Shown: in pieces, positions 10,023-19,781 of the stretch
Position numbering within the stretch: the first letter of the stretch is position 1
Layout: each line of letters begins with the position of its first letter
Origin: Alphaproteobacteria bacterium
GTDB lineage: Bacteria > Pseudomonadota > Alphaproteobacteria > UBA2966
DNA length: 64,000 nt
Assembly: GCA_965200265.1 (NCBI GenBank)
Contig: OZ241357.1
Span: 1,731,003 to 1,795,002, forward strand
Reading direction: 5' to 3'
Program-made: the position numbers and the translations under genes
Notes under the pieces: generated by a model
What the model was told of the DNA's origin: nothing
Seen by the model: the letters and a program-made list of their open reading frames with translations, nothing else
Database searches by the model: none

Positions 10023-11472
10023 TCACTCGGCGGCGCGGGCGAAGCCTTTCCCGGCGCCGCGCTTCGTCTTCGCCTTCCCGGCCGTCGCCTTCCTGACCAT
10101 CCATTCCGGCTTGCGCGTGGCCTCGGTGCGGACGAACTCCTGCGTCGCCGTGCGCGGATCGGACCAGATTCTCTGCGGCTTTTCCCAGCGGTGGATGCGA
10201 GGCTGCGGCAGCGGAGTCGTGGTATCCACGATCTCGCCGTCCTTCATGACGACGTCGAGACGCTCCTTGTCCTGAAGGACCGTGATGTCGGCCAACGGAT
10301 CGCCGTCGACCACCAGCACGTCGGCGTACTTCCCCTCCTCCAGGGTGCCGATCCTGTCCTCCATGCCGAGCGCGAACGCGGCGTTCCTGGTGCCGGTCTG
10401 GATGGCCTCCATGGCGCTCATGCCGAGCACGTCCTGCATGATCTCGAGTTCGCGGGCGTGCCACTCGCCGTAGGGCACGCTGCTCTGGCCCGAGTCGGAC
10501 CCGGCCATCATCGTCACGCCGGCCCGGTGGGCGCGGGACAGGTTCCTGTGGGCGGCGTCCAGCTCCCGCTTGAGGCCCTCCAGGATCGGCGCGGGACACC
10601 CGAGATCGGGACCCCACTCGACGACGTTGGCGAGCAGGACCAGCGTCGGGTTGATGGGGGTTCCGGTCTCCAGGAAGGCGTCGACGTCCTCCTCCTCGAT
10701 GTACGAGGCGTGAATGATCCAGTCGAACCCCGCCTCGACGGCATCGCGGGCCGCCCGCCGGCCGCGCGCGTGGATGGTGCAGCGCTTGCCGAGAAGGTGG
10801 GTGATCTCCGACACGGCCTTGAGATCGTCGAGCGTCAGGCTGCCGCCCATCCCGCCTTCGCTGCGCAGCACGTCGCCGTCGCCCGAGACCTTGATGACGT
10901 CGACGCTGTCCCGGACCTGCCGGCGCACCTCCTTCACCAGTTCGTCGCGGGTGTTGCACATCACCGAGAACGCGGAAACGGGATGCTCGACCCACGTCGG
11001 GAACACGCTGCCGATGCCGTTGTAGGTCGTGAGGTACTGGGACGCGACCTTCATGCGGGGACCCTCGATCATGCCCGCGTTCACCGCGTCGCGCAGGGCC
11101 GTGGCCACCCGCCAGGTGCCGCCGGGGTCGACCAGGCTGGTGACTCCGGCGCGCAGCACCTTGCGGATGTTGAGCGCGCCGCGCAGGGCCCTGTACTCGC
11201 CCGAGGCGTAGAGGTTGAGCTCCTCGGCCGACGTGACGTCGCCATACGACGTGTGGACGTGCACGTCGATCATGCCCGGCATGACGGTCTTTCCCGTCGC
11301 GTCGATCGTCCGGCAGGCGTTTCCGCACACCTTGGCGGCGTGCGCCTTCACGGCCTCCTCCCTGCCGATCCTGGCGATGCGGCCGTCCTCGATGAACAGG
11401 GCCGTCTTCTTCTTCGGCTTGGAACCGGTCGCATCGAGGACAGATCCGCCGGTGATGAGATAGCGCGTCATG
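10023..11472 (-). CDS. Amidohydrolase-family metal-dependent hydrolase (imidazolonepropionase / prolidase-like fold)
   Basis: MTRYLITGGSVLDATG...MPGMIDVHVH (metal-binding HxH), ...IHASY..., GSDSGQSSVPYGEWHARELE. The start ATG at 11472 was chosen over the track's 11702. The C-terminus is Lys/Arg-rich. Confidence 0.75.
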
Positions 11473-11643
11473 TCACGGGTCCTTCCGTCAATTGCGGCGC
11501 CGGCGGGCGCAACCCGGCGGCGCGGCGTGTTGAACGAACCGGAGGACGGATAGTATACAATCGGAACCGCCGGACGAAACGCCGGCGCGGACGCGGGCCG
11601 GACTCCCCGCGCCGCATTGTTCGAGGGGAAACGGGAGGGCGCG

Positions 11644-12057
11644 ATGCCGGGCGACGGGAAGGTGACGATCGAACTGATGGAAGAGATCAACGCGGCGTTC
11701 AACAGCCGCGATGCGGACCGCGTCGCGTCCTATTTCGCGGAAGACGGCGTCTTCGCCACCGCCCGCGGACCCGACCCCTGGGGCCACCGCGTACAGGGCC
11801 GCGACAACATCCGCGACTTCGTGGCCAGGCGGTTCGAGGTGGTGCCCGACATGAAATGGGAGCACGACTACAAGTACGTGACCGAAAATCGGGCGGTCAC
11901 CGTATGGACCGTCACCGGCAAGAGCGCCGGGGGAGAGACGTTCAACTACCGGGGCTGCGACCTGTACGACTTCAAGGACGGCAAGATCACCTACAAGGAC
12001 ACGTTCTGGAAGATCGTCGACCCCGACGACCTGGGCGGGCTGCCGGCTTCGGAGTAG
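11644..12057 (+). CDS. SnoaL-like / NTF2-fold protein (ketosteroid-isomerase-like)
   Basis: [38 protein letters not shown]... is the typical SnoaL_2 pattern. RBS GGGAGG. Confidence 0.6.
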   Translation: MPGDGKVTIELMEEINAAFNSRDADRVASYFAEDGVFATARGPDPWGHRVQGRDNIRDFVARRFEVVPDMKWEHDYKYVTENRAVTVWTVTGKSAGGETFNYRGCDLYDFKDGKITYKDTFWKIVDPDDLGGLPASE

Positions 12058-12139
12058 CGGAGTCCGGGCGCCGGTCCCGGCCCCGCGGGATCATGCCTCC
12101 GCCGGCGGGGCGAGCGGGCGGCCCTCCGCGCCCCGGACG

Positions 12140-13405
12140 ATGCGCCCCGATGCTCCCCGGTCGACCGCGCCGGAAAGGCGGCCCGTGCCCGTAACGGTCC
12201 GCGCCGAGCGCTTGTCGAAGGTGTTCGGCGATTCGCCCGGCGCCGCGCTGGACATGCTCGGCGGCGGCGCGTCGAAGGACGAGATACTGCGGGAGACGGG
12301 CAACGTCGTCGCGGTCTCCGAGGCCGGCTTCGACATCGAAGAGGGCGAGATCTTCATGGTCATGGGTTTGTCGGGGTCCGGCAAATCGACGCTCGTCCGC
12401 TGTCTCAACCGCCTCATCGAACCCACCGCCGGCGCCGTGCTCATCGACGGCGAGAACATCCTCGCCGCCGACGAGGGCCGCGTGCGGGAGCTGAGGCGGA
12501 CGAAGATGTCGATGGTGTTCCAGCACTTCGCCCTGTTCCCCCACAAGTCCGTCAGGGAAAACGCGGAGTTCGGGCTCAAGATCCGGGGCGCCGCGCCCGC
12601 CGAGCGGGGCGCGGCGGCGCTGGAGACCCTGCGCCTCGTCGGCCTGGAGGACTGGGCGGAGCACTACCCCGCCAGCCTGAGCGGCGGGATGCAGCAACGG
12701 GTCGGCCTCGCGCGGGCGCTGGCCACGGACCCCGGCATCCTGCTGATGGACGAGGCGTTCAGCGCCCTGGACCCCCTCATCCGGCGGGACATGCAGGACG
12801 AACTGCTCGACCTTCAGCGCAAGGTCCGCAAGACCATCGTCTTCATCACGCACGACTTCCACGAGGCGCTGAAGCTGGGCGACCGCATCGCCATGATGCG
12901 CGACGGAAAGATCGTCCAGATCGGGCCGCCCGAGGAGATCGTCTCCCGGCCCGCCGACGACTACGTCGCCGACTTCACCCGCGACGTCGACCGGGGCCGC
13001 GTCTTCTCCTGCGCCTCGATCATGCGGCAGGTGCCGCCGCTGCGGCTCGGCGAGGACACGCTCGATGACGCCGTGACGCGGATGCGGCGGGAATCCCGCG
13101 ACGCGCTCCACGCGGTCGACGGCGACGGCAGGCCGCGGGGGCTCGCCCGCGCCGGCGCGGTCGCCAGGTCCGTCCAGGCCGGCGAAACGGAGCTCGCCGG
13201 CGCGCTGGTGGACGGGTTCCCGACGACCCCGGAGACCGCGAGGATCGCCGACCTCTACGCGATGTGCGGCGACGGCCTCCCGATCGCGGTCGTGGACTCC
13301 CGCGGCGCCTACGCGGGCGTGCTCATGCCGCTCGACGTCCTGACCAAGCTCACGCCGGACGCGCCGGACGCGCCGGACCCCGGCGCCGCGCGGCCGCGGC
13401 CATGA
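12140..13405 (+). CDS. proV: Glycine betaine/proline-type ABC transporter ATP-binding protein with tandem CBS domains (ProV/OpuAA family)
   Basis: Walker [25 protein letters not shown] signature, Walker [13 protein letters not shown]-terminal CBS region. Confidence 0.85.
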   Translation: MRPDAPRSTAPERRPVPVTVRAERLSKVFGDSPGAALDMLGGGASKDEILRETGNVVAVSEAGFDIEEGEIFMVMGLSGSGKSTLVRCLNRLIEPTAGAVLIDGENILAADEGRVRELRRTKMSMVFQHFALFPHKSVRENAEFGLKIRGAAPAERGAAALETLRLVGLEDWAEHYPASLSGGMQQRVGLARALATDPGILLMDEAFSALDPLIRRDMQDELLDLQRKVRKTIVFITHDFHEALKLGDRIAMMRDGKIVQIGPPEEIVSRPADDYVADFTRDVDRGRVFSCASIMRQVPPLRLGEDTLDDAVTRMRRESRDALHAVDGDGRPRGLARAGAVARSVQAGETELAGALVDGFPTTPETARIADLYAMCGDGLPIAVVDSRGAYAGVLMPLDVLTKLTPDAPDAPDPGAARPRP

Positions 13406-14379
13406 ACGACCCTTCCGATCTCTTCCTGCTGCCGCTGGAGGACTGGATACAGACGGCCGTGGAATGGGTGGTCGCCAACTGGCGCCCGGTCTTCCAGGCA
13501 ATCCGCTGGCCCATCTCCTACACGCTCGACGGGCTGGAGGCGGCGCTCCAGGGAATCCCCTACCTCGTGGTCGTGGCCGCGATGTTCGCCGTCGCGTGGC
13601 GCGCCGCCGGCTGGCGCACCGGCGCCTTCAGCCTCGCCGCCATGCTGTTCATCGGGTTCCTGGGCCTGTGGGACAAGGCGATGACGACGCTCGCCATCGT
13701 CTTCACGGCGGTCGTGTTCTGCGTGATCGTCGGCCTGCCGCTCGGAATCCTGGCGGGCAGAAGCGACCGGTTCTGGTCGTGGCTGAGGCCGGTCCTGGAC
13801 GTGATGCAGACCACGCCGTCCTTCGTCTACCTCGTTCCCGTGGTGATGCTGTTCGGCATCGGCACCGTTCCGGGCGTCATCGCCACGATCATATTCTCCC
13901 TGCCGCCGCTCATCCGCCTGACCAACCTGGGGCTCCGGCAGGTGCGGACCGAGGTGGTGGAGGCCGGCCTGGCGTTCGGGTCGACCCGCTGGCAGCTGCT
14001 GAAGGAGGTGCAGTTCCCCCTGGCCCTCCCCACCATCATGGCGGGGCTCAACCAGACGCTTCTGCTGGCGATGGTCATGAGCGTCATCGCCGCCATGATC
14101 GGCGCCGAAGGTCTGGGACTCACCGTGTTGCGGGGGATCGGCAGGCTCGACGTCGGCCTGGCGGCGATCGGCGGCATCAGCATCGCGCTGCTGGCCATCA
14201 TCCTCGACCGGGTGACCCAGGCGCTGGGCCAGGCGCGGCGGGACGGCCCGCCGATCGAGCGCCGGAGCTGGCTGGCGATGGTGTTCGGCTCGCGTCCGCG
14301 GCCCGGCGAAAGCCCGGCGGCGGGCGGGAGCGACTCCTTCCGGGAGCCCTCCGGGCGGTTCTCCAGGGGCGGGGGGTGA
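13402..14379 (+). CDS. proW: Glycine betaine/proline-type ABC transporter permease (ProW/OpuAB family)
   Basis: Multi-TM protein with the EAA-loop region ([39 protein letters not shown]). ATGA start/stop overlap with proV. Confidence 0.85.
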   Translation: MNDPSDLFLLPLEDWIQTAVEWVVANWRPVFQAIRWPISYTLDGLEAALQGIPYLVVVAAMFAVAWRAAGWRTGAFSLAAMLFIGFLGLWDKAMTTLAIVFTAVVFCVIVGLPLGILAGRSDRFWSWLRPVLDVMQTTPSFVYLVPVVMLFGIGTVPGVIATIIFSLPPLIRLTNLGLRQVRTEVVEAGLAFGSTRWQLLKEVQFPLALPTIMAGLNQTLLLAMVMSVIAAMIGAEGLGLTVLRGIGRLDVGLAAIGGISIALLAIILDRVTQALGQARRDGPPIERRSWLAMVFGSRPRPGESPAAGGSDSFREPSGRFSRGGG

Positions 14380-14474
14380 GCGGCTTGACTCGCGAAAGGC
14401 GACTCGCGGACAATCCCCTTTCACGATCACGCACCACGCACACACGATCGCACGTGCGAAACGGGGAGGCGGGA

Positions 14475-15503
14475 ATGAACATCAGCCTGCGCAACGTCGG
14501 CATCGTCGCCGGACTCGCATTGTTCGCCCTGGCGGCGCCGGCGGCGGAATCCGCCGCCGCCGAGAAGTCGGCCAAGCCGGCCCGGGCCACCTGGGACACG
14601 TTCTGGTTCGGCGAACGGATTCTGAAGATCGGCCTGGAGCGCCTCGGCTATACCGTCGCGGAGCCGAAGACGCTCAACAACCCGGCGCGCTATCCCGCCG
14701 TCGCGCAAGGCGACGTCGATTACGAGACGGACGCCGTGATCCCGAACGCCAGCGCCTTCATCGAGAAGGTCAAGGCCGACGTCGAACTGGTCGGGCCGCT
14801 CATGAATCCGGGCTCCATCCAGGGTTATCTGATCGACAGGAAGACGGCGGAGGCCCACGGCATAACGAGCCTCGAGGACCTCAAGAAAGACGACGTCCGG
14901 AAGCTCTTCGACGGCGACGGCGACGGCAAGGCGGACCTGATCGGCTGCAATCCCGGCTGGAACTGCGAGAAGTTCATCAACCACCACATCGGCGCCTACG
15001 GGCTGGCCGACCACGTGAAGCACGTGCAGGGCGAGTACAACGTGCTGGTCGGAGATACGGTCGGCCGGTTGAAGCGCGGGGACTCCGTGCTCCTCTACGC
15101 CTGGTATCCGAACACCGCCACCATCCAGATGACGCCGGGCGAGGACCTGGTCTGGATCACGGTGCCCTACACCGACCTTCCGGACGGCGGCAAGGCCGAC
15201 ACGACGCAGGAGGGGCTGAAGTCCTGCGCCGCCGGCGCCGGGGCGTCGTGCAACCTCGGCTGGGCCGCGACCCAGTACTACGTCGCCGCGAACAGGAAGT
15301 GGCTGGCCGCGAACCCCCAGGCCCGGAAGCTGTTCGAGCTGGTCAAGGTCGGCCTCGAGGACCGGGTGACCCAGAACCTGGCCATGAAGAACGGCGAGGA
15401 CTCCGAAGCGGACCTGACGCGCCACGCGGAGCAGTGGATCGCCAACAACAAGGCCGCGTTCGACGGCTGGGTGGAAGAGGCCCGCAAGGCCGGCAGCTAC
15501 TAG
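14475..15503 (+). CDS. proX: Quaternary-amine (betaine-type) ABC transporter substrate-binding protein (ProX/OpuAC family)
   Basis: Signal peptide MNISLRNVGIVAGLALFALAAPAAESA, then an OpuAC-like fold (GCNPGWNCEKFINHHI, YAWYPNTA). Confidence 0.8.
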   Translation: MNISLRNVGIVAGLALFALAAPAAESAAAEKSAKPARATWDTFWFGERILKIGLERLGYTVAEPKTLNNPARYPAVAQGDVDYETDAVIPNASAFIEKVKADVELVGPLMNPGSIQGYLIDRKTAEAHGITSLEDLKKDDVRKLFDGDGDGKADLIGCNPGWNCEKFINHHIGAYGLADHVKHVQGEYNVLVGDTVGRLKRGDSVLLYAWYPNTATIQMTPGEDLVWITVPYTDLPDGGKADTTQEGLKSCAAGAGASCNLGWAATQYYVAANRKWLAANPQARKLFELVKVGLEDRVTQNLAMKNGEDSEADLTRHAEQWIANNKAAFDGWVEEARKAGSY

Positions 15504-15506
15504 CGG

Positions 15507-15540
15507 GCAGCGGGTAGCGGGCCGTTTCGCGCCCGCAACC
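15507..15540 (+). terminator. GC-rich hairpin downstream of proX (GCGGGCcgtttcGCGCCCGC)
   Basis: Inverted repeat immediately after the proX stop codon. There is no T-tract, as is common in high-GC genomes. Confidence 0.35.
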
Positions 15541-15598
15541 CCGTCCGTGGCGGCCGCCTCCCGCGCCGGGACGCCGCAGGCCGAAGGACGTTCGCTTC

Positions 15599-16411
15599 AT
15601 GCCGCTCGAGGAACGGGACATCGAATTCGAGGGGACGACCGTTCACGTCTGGGAGGGCGGAAGCGGCTTCCCGGTCCTGATGCTGCACGGATCGGGGGCC
15701 GGCGCCTCGATCTTCTCCAACTTCGAGCGTGTTCTCGAGCCTCTCGGCGAACGCTACCGGATACTGGCCGCGGACCTCGTCGGCTTCGGCCAATCGGGGC
15801 TGAAGCCGGAGATGCCGTACTTCGACGTCGAGATGTGGCTGCGTCAGGGGCTGCGCCTGGCGGAACTGCTTCCCGACGGGCCGATCGGCGTCATCGGGCA
15901 CTCGCTCTCCGGGGCGTTCGCGCTCAAGCTCGCCGCCCGAACCGGCCGGATCGCCAAGGTCATGGCCACCGGCACCATGGGGGCCAGCTTCGAGGTCCCC
16001 GAGGCGCGCAACCGCGCGTGGACCTACCCGGAAACGGACGAGGCCATCCGCGGCGTCGCCGAGCACATGGTCGTCGACAAGTCGATCGTCACCGACCGTC
16101 ACGTCGCCCACCGCAAGGCGATCCTGACCCGGCCCGGCTATCGCGAGTACTTCAGGGCGATGTTCGAGAAGGACCGGCAGCATTTCGTCGACGCCTCGGC
16201 CGTGACCCCGGACGAACTCTCCCGGATCGGCTGCGACGTCCTGTTCGTGCACGGCCGGCAGGACGCGTCGTTCCCGCCGGACAAGACGACGCTGGTCCTC
16301 GCCCGGGCGATCCCGACTTCCGACGTCGTCCTGCTGTCCCGGTGCGGGCACAACGTCGCCTACGAACAGCCCGCGAAATTCCTGCGCGCCTGCGAGATGC
16401 TCTTTGGATAG
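15599..16411 (+). CDS. Alpha/beta-fold hydrolase (meta-cleavage-product hydrolase / MhpC-BphD-like)
   Basis: Nucleophile elbow GHSLSG, LMLHGSGAGAS oxyanion region, C-terminal catalytic His (CGHNVAYEQP). Confidence 0.8.
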   Translation: MPLEERDIEFEGTTVHVWEGGSGFPVLMLHGSGAGASIFSNFERVLEPLGERYRILAADLVGFGQSGLKPEMPYFDVEMWLRQGLRLAELLPDGPIGVIGHSLSGAFALKLAARTGRIAKVMATGTMGASFEVPEARNRAWTYPETDEAIRGVAEHMVVDKSIVTDRHVAHRKAILTRPGYREYFRAMFEKDRQHFVDASAVTPDELSRIGCDVLFVHGRQDASFPPDKTTLVLARAIPTSDVVLLSRCGHNVAYEQPAKFLRACEMLFG

Positions 16412-16441
16412 GCCGTTTCCCGAGGCGCCGGGCGCCGGCGC

Positions 16442-17644
16442 ATGACCCGGCACGCGGAGATCGCCGGCGCCGGCTTCTCCGGCCTCGCGATGGCCGCCGC
16501 GCTGGCCCGGCGCGGGTGGTCGGTGCGCGTCCACGAGCGGTCTGCCGAGGTGCGGGCGTTCGGCGCCGGGATCTGGACGTGGGAGAACGGCGTCCGCGCG
16601 CTCGCCAGCATCGAGGCCGCCGACGACGCCTTCGCCGACTGCATCCCGCCGCCCCGATACCTCGAACGGGACGCCGGGCAGCGCATCATCCGGTCGCTGC
16701 CCTTCCCGCCGCCACGCAGCGCCAGCGGCGTCCGCATGTTCTGCATCACGCGGCAGCAGCTCCTCATGGCCATTCACGGCGCGGCGATGCGGGCGGGGGT
16801 GGAGGTCGCCGTCAATTCCGAGGTCGTTTCCGCGCGGCCCGAAGGCGCACTCGAAACCGCCGACGGAAGGACCTTGCGGGCGGACCTCGTCGTCGGCGCG
16901 GACGGGGTCAATTCCCGGGTCCGCGATTCCCTCGGCCTGCTGCGAAGCCGCCGCCGGCACGCGGACGGGGGGATCCGGGTGCTGGTGGCGCACGAGGGAG
17001 GCTACGGCGACACCGAGGAAGGGAGCCTGCTGCGCTCGTGGTGGAGCGGCCGGCGGCGGTTGCTGTACACGCCGTGCACGAGCGACGTCTTCTACATGTG
17101 CTTCACGGGACGGGCGCGGGACGGCCAAGCGTCGCGGGTTCCCCTGCACAAGGAGTCGTGGATCCGCCATTTCCCGTTCATGGAATCGATGATCGACCGC
17201 GTGGGCGAGGAGCAGCGCTACGACGTCTTCGAAACGGTGAAGTCCAAGCGCTGGCGCGCCGGCCGGGCGGCGATCATCGGCGACGCCGGCCACGCCATGG
17301 TTCCGGGGCTCGGCCAGGGGTGCGGCATGGCCATCTGCAACGCCCTGTCGCTGGCCGGCCATCTGGCCGATCACCGGGACGTCGAGCGCGCGCTCGACGA
17401 ATGGGAAACGCGCTGGCGCCCGATCACGGAGCACGCCCAGCTCTGGTCCCGGATCAGCTGGCCGCTGACGCAGATCCCGGTCGGCGTCGCCCGCTGGGCC
17501 TTCCGGACTCCGGCGGTTCACGACTGGGTGGCGGCCCAGCGCAGCAAGCCTTCCCGCGTCATGCCCCACGGCAGCGAGAACGACCCGCGCTGGCTCCCGC
17601 GGGACGCGGCCGCGCCGATCGCAACGCCGGGCGGGAAGCCATGA
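16442..17644 (+). CDS. FAD-dependent aromatic-ring monooxygenase, paralogue of 8888..9982
   Basis: MTRHAEIAGAGFSGLAMAAALARRGWSVRVHE..., DLVVGADGVNSRVR, GDAGHAMVPGLGQGCGMAICNA. The N-terminal 30 aa are nearly identical to the paralogue. Confidence 0.85.
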   Translation: MTRHAEIAGAGFSGLAMAAALARRGWSVRVHERSAEVRAFGAGIWTWENGVRALASIEAADDAFADCIPPPRYLERDAGQRIIRSLPFPPPRSASGVRMFCITRQQLLMAIHGAAMRAGVEVAVNSEVVSARPEGALETADGRTLRADLVVGADGVNSRVRDSLGLLRSRRRHADGGIRVLVAHEGGYGDTEEGSLLRSWWSGRRRLLYTPCTSDVFYMCFTGRARDGQASRVPLHKESWIRHFPFMESMIDRVGEEQRYDVFETVKSKRWRAGRAAIIGDAGHAMVPGLGQGCGMAICNALSLAGHLADHRDVERALDEWETRWRPITEHAQLWSRISWPLTQIPVGVARWAFRTPAVHDWVAAQRSKPSRVMPHGSENDPRWLPRDAAAPIATPGGKP

Positions 17645-19191
17645 AGAAAACGCCGCTGTTCGACATCCATGTGGCGTCGGCGAGACGCATGGTCAACCTC
17701 AAGGGCTTCGCCCGCCCCGTCGAGTACGCGGGCCACGCCGAGGAGCACCGGGCCATCCGGGAACGGGTCAGCCTGTGCGACGTGTCCCACATGGGCGAGA
17801 TCGAAATCAGCGGTCCGGACGCGCCGGCGCTGGTGGACAGGCTGATCACGAACGACGCCGCCCGCCTCGACGCGGGCCAGGCCCTCTACACCGTCATGTG
17901 CGATGAACGCGGCCACGTCATCGACGATCTGGTCTGCCTCCGCCTGGCGGAAGACCGGTTCCTCTGGGTCGTCAACGTCACCAGGACCGACGAGGACCAT
18001 CGCTGGGTCCTGAAGCACGCCCAGGGCCTCGATACGCACGTCCGCGACCGGTCGGCGGAACTCGCCCTCCTCGCCCTCCAGGGGCCGTATTCGAGCGAGG
18101 TCCTGCAAAAGGTCGTCGCGGCCGACCTTTCGGGAATGGCCTACTACCGGCTGGCGGAAACCACCGTCACGACCGACGAGACGGAGGCCCCCTGCATCGT
18201 CAGCCGCACCGGATACACCGGCGAACGGGGATACGAGATCTGCGTTTCCCGGGACTTCGCCCCGTCCGTGTGGCGGGCGCTGATGCGCGCCGGGCGTCCC
18301 CTGGGCATCGCGCCGCACGGGGTCGCCGCCCGCGAGAGCGCGCGCACCGAAGCCGGCTACCTGCTCAACGGCAACGACATCGACGACCGGACCTACCCCC
18401 ACGAGGTCGGTCTCGGCTGGGTGGTGAAGCCGCACAAGGACTTCATCGGGCGCGACGCGCTGGCCGCCGTCGCCGAAGGGGGAGCGCCGCGGAAGCTGGT
18501 GGGGCTGGAGATGGCGGGACGGGTCACGATCCGCCACGGATACCCCGTCTTCAGGGACGGCGAGCGGATCGGGCGGGTCACGAGCGGCCCGCTGTCTCCC
18601 GACCTGGTGGGCGGCGCCGCGAGCCTGGGGCTGGGATTGGTCGCCAGCGCCCACGCCGGGGACGGCGGCGTCCTCCAGATCGGCGTGCGCGGCGCGCGCC
18701 ACGATGCGCGAATCGTCCCCTACCCCTTCCGGGAACGGCGGGTGCGCGACGACGCCAGGGTGGACACCCTGTCTCCCTGCGGGCTGCGCTACGGCGAGGA
18801 TCATTTGTGGGTCGGGGCGGAGTCCGACGGCCGGGCCACGATCGGGCTCACCGACTTCGGACAGCGGTATCTGGGGGAAGCGCTGTCGGCGGTGCTGCCG
18901 GTGCCGGGCGACCGCATCGTGCGGGGATCGCCGTTCGGCTGGCTCGACGCCTACCGCAGGCCCTTCGACCTGATCGCGCCGGTGTCGGGGACGGTCGTGG
19001 CGGTGAACGCGGCCGCGGTCGAACGACCGGGCGACGTCAACCGCTATCCCTACGCGCGCGACGGCCTGATCCGGATCGAACCCGACGATGCCGGGGAGAT
19101 CCCGGCGCTCGCCGGGTTCGCCGCCTACACCGAGACCACGCGCCGGCTCGAGCGCTACGACTCCTGGTCCCGGGACCTCAGGCTGACCTGA
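17641..19191 (+). CDS. gcvT: Aminomethyltransferase (GcvT-type, folate-dependent) fused to a C-terminal GcvH-like domain that lacks the lipoyl-lysine
   Basis: The N-terminal ~360 aa align closely with GcvT (TPLFDIHVASARRMVNLKGF...CDVSHMGEIEISG..., GYTGERGYEI). The C-terminal ~150 aa align with the genome's own GcvH (LRYGEDHLWV..GLTDFGQRYLGE..), but ESVKAAS is replaced by LDAYRRP, so there is no lipoylatable Lys. Start overlaps the preceding stop (ATGA). Confidence 0.8.
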   Translation: MKKTPLFDIHVASARRMVNLKGFARPVEYAGHAEEHRAIRERVSLCDVSHMGEIEISGPDAPALVDRLITNDAARLDAGQALYTVMCDERGHVIDDLVCLRLAEDRFLWVVNVTRTDEDHRWVLKHAQGLDTHVRDRSAELALLALQGPYSSEVLQKVVAADLSGMAYYRLAETTVTTDETEAPCIVSRTGYTGERGYEICVSRDFAPSVWRALMRAGRPLGIAPHGVAARESARTEAGYLLNGNDIDDRTYPHEVGLGWVVKPHKDFIGRDALAAVAEGGAPRKLVGLEMAGRVTIRHGYPVFRDGERIGRVTSGPLSPDLVGGAASLGLGLVASAHAGDGGVLQIGVRGARHDARIVPYPFRERRVRDDARVDTLSPCGLRYGEDHLWVGAESDGRATIGLTDFGQRYLGEALSAVLPVPGDRIVRGSPFGWLDAYRRPFDLIAPVSGTVVAVNAAAVERPGDVNRYPYARDGLIRIEPDDAGEIPALAGFAAYTETTRRLERYDSWSRDLRLT

Positions 19192-19248
19192 ACGTCCATC
19201 TGTTCTCCCCTCGGGGCGCCACTCGGACCTTCGCGAGACACGGCCGAG

Positions 19249-19760
19249 GGTGTGCAAGGTGTGCAATTCGACGCACCGGGTCCGCCCTCCATACGGTGTG
19301 CAAGGTGTGCCATTCCGGGCGCGATCCGGACCTCCGCGGAATGCGCCCGACGGTGTGCAAGCTGTGCAATTCGACGCGCCGGGTCCGCCCTCCATACGGT
19401 GTGCAAGCTGTGCCATTCCGGGTACGGCCCGGACCTCCGCAGGATGCGCCCCACGGTGTGCAAGGTGTGCAAGTCGGCGCGCCGGGCACACCCCCCATAC
19501 GGTGTGCAATGTGTGCCATTCCGGGCGCGGCCCGGACTTCCGCGAGATGCGCCCGACGGTGTGCAAGGTGTGCAAGTCGGCGCACCGTGCCGCGACTGGC
19601 GACTGGCGACTGGCGACTGGCCACCGGCGACCGACCTTAGTGTGCAACGTGTGCCATTCCGGGCGCGGCCCAGACTTCCGCGGAATGCGCCCCCACGGTG
19701 TGCAAGGTGTGCAAGTCGGCGCGCCGCGTCCCGCTCGCCGTTCCCGGCGCCGGGCGGGTT
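19249..19760. repeat. Composite tandem repeat array (about 104-bp dimer unit, roughly 4.5 copies). Each half-unit begins GGTGTGCAAGGTGTGC(A/C)A. Unit B carries the hairpin CATTCCG...CGGAATG.
   Basis: Read directly. Half-units start near 19249, 19295, 19352, 19399, 19455, 19501, 19558, 19639 and 19698. It sits in the convergent intergenic region between the gcvT fusion (+) and the SDR gene (-). Confidence 0.8.
19589..19636. repeat. GCGACTG heptamer microsatellite / REP-like insertion inside the tandem-repeat array
   Basis: gccgcgactggcgactggcgactggcgactggccaccggcgaccgacc shows the same 7-mer logic as the other REP-like elements. Confidence 0.6.
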
Positions 19761-19781
19761 TCACGGACGCCGGGGCCGCCG

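Noticed and set aside
15547-17640. Upstream about 700 codons of the 1,214-aa ORF 15547..19191, plus the overlapping minus ORFs 15500..17569 and 17518..19857
   Set aside because: Only the part from ATG 17641 has GcvT/GcvH homology. The remainder overlaps well-supported hydrolase and monooxygenase genes in other frames.
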